From IMG/VR virus record IMGVR_UViG_3300017700_000575, positions 1-40,914 of that record: a DNA stretch of 40,914 nucleotides. One strand, written 5' to 3'. Positions 1 through 6,570 of the stretch are shown piece by piece (positions within the stretch are counted from its first letter, which is position 1; the number at the start of each line of letters is the position of its first letter). The stretch is from a virus. Lineage: Duplodnaviria; Caudoviricetes. The translations under genes were made by a program, and so were the position numbers. The notes under the pieces were generated by a model. That model was not told the origin of the DNA. It did not search any database and saw only the letters and a list, made by a program, of their open reading frames with translations.

Positions 1-123
1 AAGGCCTATGCAGAAGCCAAGTCCTTGCCGGAATTCTTCGACACGGGACGCTCTTTCCTGGGGAAGGGCAGCAGCGACAAGGCCACGGCCAATTCCGCGC
101 CCGCACTGGCCGACATGCTTGCG
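1..123. repeat. Terminal direct repeat (circular assembly overlap), copy 1
   Basis: 1-123 is identical to 40792-40914 and falls mid-ORF with the frame preserved. Confidence 0.95.
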
Positions 124-657
124 AACGCCAACGTCCAGCAGCAGGCCGCCACCCGCGCCGGCACCACGAATGCCGCCCGAGAGACTGCGCTGGAGGGCAC
201 TGGACCCGCTCGGGCGCTGGCTCGCCGTATAGACCAGAGCACTCCCGTACAGGCCAAGCTTGCCGAGATCTACGGCCCTGGCCGTGCGCGCGATATCGCC
301 AACCGGGCATCGGCCGAGAGCACATTCGCCGACACCAGCAACGACATCCTGCGGGGCTCCAAGACGGCCGACAAGCTTCTCGAGGTGGTGGACGACGCCA
401 ACAACATCAGCCTGCGCGGCGGGACGGGCGGCCTGTCGGCTCGCGTGATCGAGAACCTGGGCGCGCTTGCCCAGAAGCTCATGGGACCGAACGAGGCCGT
501 TCGCAACCAGATCGGCCGCGCCATGCTGAACCCGGACACCGCGGAAAGCCGCCGAGTGCTGGCGCTCGCCGCTGAGCTCGTGCGCAAGCGCGCCTCCGGA
601 ACCCCCATTCGCGCCGGCTTGATCGAAGGCGCGGCCAGCCAAGCAGGAGGACAGTAA
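1..657 (+). CDS. C-terminal part of a large internal virion (DNA ejection) protein that starts at 39319 and crosses the origin (~709 aa in total)
   Basis: Frame of ATG 39319 continues through 40792 (=position 1) into ORF 25..657; Ala/Gly-rich helical sequence; follows other ejection genes. Confidence 0.75.
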   Translation, partial: KAYAEAKSLPEFFDTGRSFLGKGSSDKATANSAPALADMLANANVQQQAATRAGTTNAARETALEGTGPARALARRIDQSTPVQAKLAEIYGPGRARDIANRASAESTFADTSNDILRGSKTADKLLEVVDDANNISLRGGTGGLSARVIENLGALAQKLMGPNEAVRNQIGRAMLNPDTAESRRVLALAAELVRKRASGTPIRAGLIEGAASQAGGQ

Positions 658-658
658 G

Positions 659-1405
659 TTGCCCTTTAACGGTTCAGGAGTTTACATCCCGCCAGCTTCC
701 CCCGGCGCGTTCAATCCTGCGATCAGCGGGCAGAATGCGACGCCTGCTGCCTGGAACACGCTGCTGGCCGACATCTCCATGGCTCTCAGCACGACCATCA
801 CCAAGGATGGGCAGACCACCATTTCACAGGACATTCCATTCGCTGGTCACAAGATCACGGATCTGGGAGACGCGACGAGCTTGACGGATGCCCTCAACCG
901 GCAGGGGGCTTGGTACAAATACGCCGAGCAGGACCTCGTTGCTCAGTCCCTCGTAGACTTCACGGATATCCCAGCCGAGGTCAATAACCTGCAGTGCGTC
1001 TTTGAGGCTTTGCCCACGGCGAATGGCTCTACGTTTAGGCTCCAAACTTACGGCGCAGATGGCGTTCTGGATACGGGTGGATCTGACTACAGCGACGCGG
1101 GCCTTCTTATGAGTTCTGGCGCCGTAGCCAGTTTCGGCATCACCGGGGCAAACGTTCGATTAATCGGCACCGAATTAATCTCGACATCTATCCCAGTCGG
1201 CATCACCGGCCAATTGACTGCCGCAAATATTCAAGCCGCAACTTATACCAAATTCATGGGCGTTACCGCGTTTTGGAGCGGAAGCACTTTCAACACATGC
1301 AGCGTGATGGGCGTACGCAACGAAGCGGACAGGATCACGGGGTTTCGCGTCTCCGTGTCGGCCGGTGTCTTTACCGGCAAATTCACCCTGTTCGCGAGCG
1401 CGTGA
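659..1405 (+). CDS. Tail fibre/spike protein with N-terminal virion-anchor domain
   Basis: N-terminus MPFNGSGVY...WNTLLADISMALSTTITKDGQ resembles podovirus fibre anchors; beta-rich, lower-GC C-terminal half; follows ejection genes. Confidence 0.7.
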   Translation: MPFNGSGVYIPPASPGAFNPAISGQNATPAAWNTLLADISMALSTTITKDGQTTISQDIPFAGHKITDLGDATSLTDALNRQGAWYKYAEQDLVAQSLVDFTDIPAEVNNLQCVFEALPTANGSTFRLQTYGADGVLDTGGSDYSDAGLLMSSGAVASFGITGANVRLIGTELISTSIPVGITGQLTAANIQAATYTKFMGVTAFWSGSTFNTCSVMGVRNEADRITGFRVSVSAGVFTGKFTLFASA

Positions 1406-1422
1406 GCAATTAGGAGCGCCAC

Positions 1423-1614
1423 ATGCCCGACATCACCATAAACCCCTCCGCGCTCGTCACGAACGGCGCCCTCGTGAGCGAGTCAAACCCGCTGCCGGCA
1501 ACGAGTGTCGCCACAGGACCCGCAGGGACGGACATAACCATCAACCCCCGCACTTGGGTGGTCAACGGCGCCATCGTCAGCGTCTCGAATCCTCTCCCCA
1601 TTTCCCTGGTGTAG
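1423..1614 (+). CDS. Small fibre-associated protein made of two DITINP..NGA.VS.SNPLP repeats
   Basis: AGGAG RBS upstream; internal duplication; same motif begins the next gene. Confidence 0.65.
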   Translation: MPDITINPSALVTNGALVSESNPLPATSVATGPAGTDITINPRTWVVNGAIVSVSNPLPISLV

Positions 1615-1617
1615 CCA

Positions 1618-2280
1618 ATGCCCGACATCGCGACCAATCCGACGACTCCCGTCACCAACGGGGCCAACGTCACGACCGCCAACCCGCTGCCGGTCTACCT
1701 GGTGGGCGGCATCGCGGCGACCACCATCACCGTGGGAACGACGGCGGTTGCCAGCGGCACGGCGAGCGGCATCCTTTGGAACAATGCCGGGACATTGGCG
1801 AGCGGTCCGGCGCTCACCGACACGACGGGCAATGTCACACTCCCCGCGGCAGGGGCTTTCGGCTGGACCAGTCTCTCCAAGATCGTCCCCCAAGCGGACG
1901 GCATTCTCACCCTGCTCAACAACGGCGGAACGGGTTTCACCCGCCTCCAGTTCGGCGGCACCACGTCGAGCTTTCCGGCTATCTCCCGGTCCGGCGCAAC
2001 GATCCAATTTGGGTTGGCGGACGCATCAGGCTGGGCGGGCATGCAGGGCGGCGCATTAGAAATCCGCCCCGACACCGCGCTTACAGCTGGCGGGGCCGCC
2101 AATATGCGACTGTCCTTCAGCAGCTCTGCCGTCGCTGTTTATGCGGGTTCGGGTGCGCCGTCCGTCTCTGCCCCCAAGGGCTCGCTCTACCTCCGCAGCG
2201 ACGGCAGCGGCACAGGCGACCGCGCGTACATCAACACCAACGGCACCACCGGGTGGGCCGCAATCACAACTGCTTCCTAG
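1618..2280 (+). CDS. Tail fibre/spike-like protein
   Basis: N-terminal NPLPV repeat; Gly/Thr-rich; C-terminal GSGAP..SAPKGSLYLRSDG...AYINTNGTTGW motif typical of spike/fibre C-termini. Confidence 0.65.
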   Translation: MPDIATNPTTPVTNGANVTTANPLPVYLVGGIAATTITVGTTAVASGTASGILWNNAGTLASGPALTDTTGNVTLPAAGAFGWTSLSKIVPQADGILTLLNNGGTGFTRLQFGGTTSSFPAISRSGATIQFGLADASGWAGMQGGALEIRPDTALTAGGAANMRLSFSSSAVAVYAGSGAPSVSAPKGSLYLRSDGSGTGDRAYINTNGTTGWAAITTAS

Positions 2281-2289
2281 GAGGCTGTC

Positions 2290-2574
2290 ATGGCACTCAG
2301 CAAGTCTCTCGCAACCCCATACGGCATCAATGCCGGGTACTGGGTTATCACCAGTCTCATCTTCGATGTCGACAACCAGCTCGCATCAGTGACGCTCAGT
2401 GGCTACGTCGACGCCGCCGCTCGCACAGCGCGTGTCGCGCCTTTGGCCAGCCGCCCTTATTCGAGCCCGATCCCCGGCACGTTCGAAGACCTGACGCGAG
2501 CCGCGATCTACAACTTCGTGCGCACCAAGGTAGGCGACGCCCTCAATGGCGCAACTGTAGTGGCGGACGCATGA
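2290..2574 (+). CDS. Putative tail fibre assembly/chaperone-like protein
   Basis: AGGAGG RBS; MAL.K...T.YGI.A.YW.I start seen in fibre-adjacent phage genes; position. Confidence 0.55.
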   Translation: MALSKSLATPYGINAGYWVITSLIFDVDNQLASVTLSGYVDAAARTARVAPLASRPYSSPIPGTFEDLTRAAIYNFVRTKVGDALNGATVVADA

Positions 2575-2729
2575 CCGAAGCGCAGATCAAAGAACTCCTC
2601 GGCACCATGCTGATCTCCGTTCGGACGGCGGAGATCGCCATGCAGGCTATTCAGACGGAGAACGAAGCATTGAAGGCAGAGAACGAAGCTCTGAAATCGG
2701 CCCCCAAGCCCAAGGCAAAGCGGAAATGA
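2571..2729 (+). CDS. Small coiled-coil hypothetical protein (52 aa, MTEAQIKELL...)
   Basis: ATGA coupling to the previous stop; ENEALK repeat. Confidence 0.6.
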   Translation: MTEAQIKELLGTMLISVRTAEIAMQAIQTENEALKAENEALKSAPKPKAKRK

Positions 2730-2733
2730 CCAA

Positions 2734-2864
2734 TGGTCAGAGTGGCCACCCTCCCGGCGGGAGGGAAAACGCGCGTGCGTGAAGACTAAAGCAGCGGACC
2801 TCGACAGCACCGGAAGTACTGCCGAGGCCCTGACCAAAGACCGACCCCCAAGGAGGGCCGAACA
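2734..2864 (+). promoter_or_regulatory. Structured leader upstream of the lysis cassette
   Basis: Hairpins at 2749-2765 and 2796-2830; TGGTCAG (2734) complementary to CTGACCA (2830); AAGGAGG RBS; related to the 18674 leader. Confidence 0.5.
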
Positions 2865-2930
2865 GTGGCTACAGAGACGTTACCCGTGAGAGTGAGCGGA
2901 GTCTGTGAGAAATGGCACCTCCATGGCTGA
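2865..2930 (+). CDS. 21-aa mini-ORF (MATETLPVRVSGVCEKWHLHG) overlapping the holin start
   Basis: Strong RBS, GTG start; TGA 2928-2930 lies between the holin ATGs at 2923 and 2932. Confidence 0.4.
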   Translation: MATETLPVRVSGVCEKWHLHG

Positions 2931-3192
2931 CATGGTCGACATCCCAACGAATGTTTTGGCGGCTGGAACCGTCGTGTTCGGAGCCGTCACTGGGGCCGTG
3001 GGCTACCTGTGGAAGGGTAAGCAGAAAGACCTCGATGATGCGCGGGCGGACCTGAAGGCCATGCAGATCAAATATGAGGAACTGCTCAAATCCATGATCG
3101 AGGCGGAGCCGGCGCGCAAGGCGGCCCTGGAAAGCATGGCCAAAGCGCTCGCCGACAATACCGCGTTGCTACGCGAGAGGATACGGCAATGA
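2923..3192 (+). CDS. Putative holin (single N-terminal TM plus coiled coil)
   Basis: Hydrophobic VLAAGTVVFGAVTGAVGYLW segment; two genes upstream of the endolysin; start could be 2923 or 2932. Confidence 0.55.
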   Translation: MADMVDIPTNVLAAGTVVFGAVTGAVGYLWKGKQKDLDDARADLKAMQIKYEELLKSMIEAEPARKAALESMAKALADNTALLRERIRQ

Positions 3193-3431
3193 GACAGCGC
3201 CTTAAAGACGAGATCGACGAGGCCAAGATCCGCATTGAGGACCTGGAGCGGCAGGTGGCGGACGTGAGGGCCGATTCGGCGGCGGCGTCGCATGCGATCA
3301 ACGTGCAGGTCCGCTACGCCAGCCGGGTGCAGAACGTGGCCCGGTCGATTCCGCCCGAGGGCAGCTTCCTGCACTCCATGCACGAGCTGATCGACGCCAG
3401 CCGGGACGCTTTACTCGCGAGGGGAAAATGA
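3189..3431 (+). CDS. Hypothetical lysis-cassette protein
   Basis: ATGA-coupled on both sides. Confidence 0.65.
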   Translation: MRQRLKDEIDEAKIRIEDLERQVADVRADSAAASHAINVQVRYASRVQNVARSIPPEGSFLHSMHELIDASRDALLARGK

Positions 3432-3865
3432 AGACCAGTGAACAAGGCCTGTCCCTCCTCATGGACCGGGAAGGGCGCATGCACACCGCCTATCGCGACA
3501 GCGTGGGTGTCTGGACGATCGGCATAGGTCACACCGGCCCCGAGGTCCACGAGGGCCTTGTCTGGACGGACGGCCAGGTGCGGGATGTCTTCGCCAAGGA
3601 CATCGAGCGGTTTGAGAAGGCGGTCAACGACGGGGTCCATGTCCCGCTCGAGCAGCACCAGTTTGACGCCTTGGTGAGCTTCGCCTTCAACGTCGGCTGC
3701 GGGGCCTTCTCCAGCTCGACCATGCTGAAGAAGATCAACGCCTACGCCTTCGACGAGGTGCCGGCGCAGTTTGATCGCTGGCATATTCCCCCAGAGATCA
3801 CGTCTAGGCGGAACGGGGAGAGGGAGCAGTTCAAGGGCACCGCGTTTGCGGCGACGATTCCATAG
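3428..3865 (+). CDS. Endolysin, GH24 phage lysozyme
   Basis: REG...AYRDSVGVWTIGIGHT catalytic E-D-T motif; QFDALVSFAFNVG; RR..E..F ending. Confidence 0.93.
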   Translation: MKTSEQGLSLLMDREGRMHTAYRDSVGVWTIGIGHTGPEVHEGLVWTDGQVRDVFAKDIERFEKAVNDGVHVPLEQHQFDALVSFAFNVGCGAFSSSTMLKKINAYAFDEVPAQFDRWHIPPEITSRRNGEREQFKGTAFAATIP

Positions 3866-3875
3866 GAGAGCAGAC

Positions 3876-4061
3876 ATGACTGATGAGCAGTTCGAGAAGA
3901 TCATGAAGAAGCTGGATGAGCTAAAGGAGGCGCGACAGGCGCTGCCGGTCTACTACCACGGATACCCGAACTTCACCGCGCCGAATCCGAACATCCCAGC
4001 GCAGCCGAGATACTACGACGGGCTGCCGGCGCACTGGGTCATCCCGATGTCGACGGACTAG
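3876..4061 (+). CDS. Hypothetical protein (MTDEQFEKIM...)
   Basis: AGGAG RBS; between endolysin and spanins. Confidence 0.55.
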   Translation: MTDEQFEKIMKKLDELKEARQALPVYYHGYPNFTAPNPNIPAQPRYYDGLPAHWVIPMSTD

Positions 4062-4063
4062 TC

Positions 4064-4324
4064 ATGAGCGCGATTGGGGCCTTCCTCGCCGGCAACCGCG
4101 TGGTGATCCTGACCCTGTGCGGAGCCGCGGTGATCCTAGCAGGGATGTGGCTTCTCCGGGACTACGGGAAGACCAAGGAAACGGCAGGAGCCGCAAAGGT
4201 CACTACCGCTGTTCAGGCTGATTCGATCAAACGAAGTGAAGAGGCTCGGCAGGACAAGGTGCGGGTTGATGATGCCGTGCGCGCGAAGCCGATAGACGCT
4301 GTGATCGATGAGGATTTGAAATGA
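4064..4324 (+). CDS. Inner-membrane spanin (Rz-like)
   Basis: N-terminal TM followed by a helical periplasmic region; downstream of the endolysin. Confidence 0.7.
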   Translation: MSAIGAFLAGNRVVILTLCGAAVILAGMWLLRDYGKTKETAGAAKVTTAVQADSIKRSEEARQDKVRVDDAVRAKPIDAVIDEDLK

Positions 4325-4647
4325 GCCCGACAAGCAAACGCCGCCCAACAAGGAGCGGCGTCGCAAAGGGTAATCTCTACGCTTGGGTGCAGGCTACATG
4401 GCGGCGGCCTCTGGCGACTTTAGCGGTTGCCGGCAGTGTACTCCTCGCTGGGTGCGGCGACAAGCCGGTAGTGGTGAACACCGTGTCGGACACCTTCTGC
4501 CAACGCGTCGAGAGGTTCCACGCTACCGAGGCGGAGAGGGCAGCCCTGAAGGCCAATTCAGGCCCCCTGGAGCGGCTTATCCGGTGGGTGGCGGGAATCA
4601 ACGGCCAGTGGGATGCCGAATGCCTTAAGCCTGCGAAGGGGGCTTAG
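4321..4647 (+). CDS. Outer-membrane spanin lipoprotein (Rz1-like); true start may be GTG at ~4387
   Basis: Lipobox LLAG-C; SDTFC and terminal C typical of o-spanins. Confidence 0.7.
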   Translation: MSPTSKRRPTRSGVAKGNLYAWVQATWRRPLATLAVAGSVLLAGCGDKPVVVNTVSDTFCQRVERFHATEAERAALKANSGPLERLIRWVAGINGQWDAECLKPAKGA

Positions 4648-4946
4648 GGGCCAGAGATGTTGACGACACCATGCCGACGCGTAATCGGCCAGCTCCCGGC
4701 GAGATAGCGGGACTGAGGACGCGGCGGCGCGACTGGCCCATTGCCGATCAGGTAAACCTTGCCGGGCGGCACGGCGCTCGAAACAATGATATTCATGCCC
4801 GCCAAATCCGCGCCGGTCATGCCGCATTCCTTGCGTAGGAATTCCACCGTCAGCGGGCCAACGTGGTACGCGCGTTCCGCACCATAGGTGAGTGGCATGT
4901 GGGCAAGCAGTTTGCTAAGCGTCAGCTCGGTCCGGTCGTCGTCCAT
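4644..4946 (-). CDS. Hypothetical accessory protein
   Basis: AGGA RBS upstream; stop overlaps the o-spanin stop. Confidence 0.5.
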   Translation of the reverse strand: MDDDRTELTLSKLLAHMPLTYGAERAYHVGPLTVEFLRKECGMTGADLAGMNIIVSSAVPPGKVYLIGNGPVAPPRPQSRYLAGSWPITRRHGVVNISGP

Positions 4947-4979
4947 CTCTTCATCCTATCACAGATCAGTGGAACTAGG

Positions 4980-5342
4980 TTAGGGGTGGCTCGGCTTCGC
5001 CTCGCGGAGTCCTTCAGAGAGACCTTCCGCCTTCGCAATCGCGGCGCGGGCGATTTCCCCTACGCTCTCGACGTAGTCGCCCACGACTCCATCGCCGCGT
5101 CCCATCCGCAGTTCCGCCAATTCCTTCAGCGCGGCCAGCAGATCGGGAGCGGCGGCGATCAGCGTTCGATCCCAGCCCCGAGGCGCGTAGTGCCCGCCAT
5201 CTGTTTCCACGATGGCCTCAAGGGAAACCCAGTCTCCCGACATATCGCCCGCGATGAAGGCGTTCCATTCGACCAGATTGGCGGCGCTGTAGAGGTTGCC
5301 GTCTTTGGCCCAGACCCAAGGCCCCGGCGTGTGTGCAGCCAT
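4980..5342 (-). CDS. Small phage accessory protein (HTPGPW...LIAAAPDLL...ARAAIAKAEG family)
   Basis: Widespread phage motifs; AGGGG RBS. Confidence 0.8.
   Translation of the reverse strand: MAAHTPGPWVWAKDGNLYSAANLVEWNAFIAGDMSGDWVSLEAIVETDGGHYAPRGWDRTLIAAAPDLLAALKELAELRMGRGDGVVGDYVESVGEIARAAIAKAEGLSEGLREAKPSHP
4982..5013 (-). repeat. Junction motif A, copy 1 (AGGACTCC-GCGAGGCGAAGCCGAGC-CACCCCT)
   Basis: Flanks identical to 5421-5456; GA-mismatch hairpin with GCGAAGC apex. Confidence 0.75.
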
Positions 5343-5360
5343 GATATTCCCCTATAGAGC

Positions 5361-5397
5361 AAAATTAGGACTACGCAGCCTCGCGAAGCGAGGGAAC
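5361..5397 (-). repeat. Junction motif B, copy 1 (GTTC-hairpin-CTGCGTAGTCCTAATTTT)
   Basis: Same layout as 7492-7530 and 19121-19160. Confidence 0.75.
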
Positions 5398-5420
5398 ACT
5401 ACTCCCGTATCAGGACAGGA

Positions 5421-5456
5421 AGGGGTGCCTCCGCGCTTCGCGCTCCGGGGAGTCCT
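5421..5456 (-). repeat. Junction motif A, copy 2 (AGGACTCC-CCGGAGCGCGAAGCGCGGAGG-CACCCCT)
   Basis: Flanks identical to 4982-5013; covarying stem. Confidence 0.75.
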
Positions 5457-5459
5457 GCA

Positions 5460-5810
5460 TTACGGACCTTCCTGCTCCTTACCCAGCAAAACAGCCATGA
5501 ATTCCTCAGTATCGTCTGGAAGCCTGAGGAGCCCTTCCGCAAGGGCTCCGTCGATCCATCCGCAAACGACAATCTTCGCGGCAATCCGGTTCGCGTCCTC
5601 GCTCAAATCCTCATCGACAGGCCCCGGCAGCATGTAGGCGCTAGTTGTCACATGTTCCCGCATTGCCTCTATGGCGGCGCGGGCGGCAACCCGGAAATCT
5701 TCTCGTAGGGACTCGGTCGTCATTTCCCAGTCTGCACGCCATGCTGGCTGATCGATGTGGCCTTGCAGGCGCTCAAACAGCACCCTCGCTACCTTCTCGA
5801 TCATGGTCAT
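5460..5810 (-). CDS. Small phage accessory protein (MIEKVAR...ARAAIEAMRE family)
   Basis: Recurrent phage motif; ATGA coupling. Confidence 0.75.
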   Translation of the reverse strand: MTMIEKVARVLFERLQGHIDQPAWRADWEMTTESLREDFRVAARAAIEAMREHVTTSAYMLPGPVDEDLSEDANRIAAKIVVCGWIDGALAEGLLRLPDDTEEFMAVLLGKEQEGP

Positions 5811-6019
5811 CGCGTGGTCTCCTCAGAGGCGGCAAGTGCCGCTGTGATGGCTTCCTTGAACCCCGGCTGCGGCGTGTCTACCAGAATGCAGGTCTCCAGC
5901 ACGCGCAGCCCCTTGGATTGACGGCAGGCAGGGCAGGCGCGCATTTCAACCACCTTGGAGGGCCACCAGCGCCGCGCCTCGACCCACGCGGCCTTGAGCA
6001 TGGCGGGCGTGATCGTCAT
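5807..6019 (-). CDS. Hypothetical protein with CxxC
   Basis: Translationally coupled; MTITPAMLKAA start. Confidence 0.6.
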   Translation of the reverse strand: MTITPAMLKAAWVEARRWWPSKVVEMRACPACRQSKGLRVLETCILVDTPQPGFKEAITAALAASEETTR

Positions 6020-6570
6020 GTGCCGGGTGTCGTGCGGTCGCCATTTCTTCGCCCGGGCGTGTTCGTCGTTGTCTGCGCGATCATCTGTTGGCCTCCTGTC
6101 AGTATTTTATGGGCGTTTACGCTGGCATAGCAGATGGAAACGCGGGTTTGCTAAACCGTTAATGGGGGTAAACCCCATTCGAGGGTTCGAATCCCTTCCT
6201 CTCCGCCATTTCTGCATTATACGTCCGTCCCCTCTGGGGGAACAGCCGAAAAACCAGATATACTTGTGCCGGGTTTTGTGCCGCCCAGTCTCATGGCGCG
6301 CTGTTTCTCTTCGGGCGTCAGGTACTTCAAATACACTTCGGTTGTCTTGATGGAGGCGTGCCCAAGTATGCCCTGCAGGTCATAGATGTAGCCGCCGCGC
6401 CGGAGGAACATGACGGCGAAGTAATGCCGTAGATCATGGAACCGGAAGCGCACCCCCTCCCGCACACGCCATGCCCGGAAGTTGGCGGCAAAATTGGCAT
6501 AGGGATGTCCGTCGCCGTGCCAGAACACGAGGGCGCTTGTGCTGTGCCGAGGTGTGCCGGCTAATGTGCC
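6019..6570. promoter_or_regulatory. Putative integrase arm-type sites (TGTGCC pairs spaced 12 bp)
   Basis: TGTGCC at 6019 (with CGTGCG at 6031), 6265/6277 and 6543/6553/6565, flanking the core. Confidence 0.55.
6145..6208 (+). mobile_element. attP core: 3' portion of tRNA-Ser(GCT) from the anticodon loop to CCA
   Basis: GGT-TTGCTAA-ACC anticodon loop, long variable arm, GGTTCGAATCC, CTCTCCGCCA end; no 5' acceptor/D arm; adjacent to the int stop. Confidence 0.9.

Noticed and set aside
1-123. Biological direct terminal repeat
   Set aside because: The exact overlap falls mid-gene with no regulatory features, which fits assembler circularisation better
900-1405. DGR variable region in the fibre gene
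   Set aside because: No reverse transcriptase ORF and no template repeat differing at adenines was seen
2923-2934. Classic holin/antiholin dual start
   Set aside because: M-A-D-M lacks the positively charged residue of lambda-type dual-start motifs
4972-5013. Canonical integron attC site (CCCTAAC/GTTAGGG present)
   Set aside because: No paired R''/R' and L boxes enclosing the hairpin, and the integrase looks like a phage int rather than IntI
6121-6208. Complete tRNA-Ser gene
   Set aside because: The 5' acceptor strand and D arm are absent and the outer anticodon stem is mismatched; treated as attP
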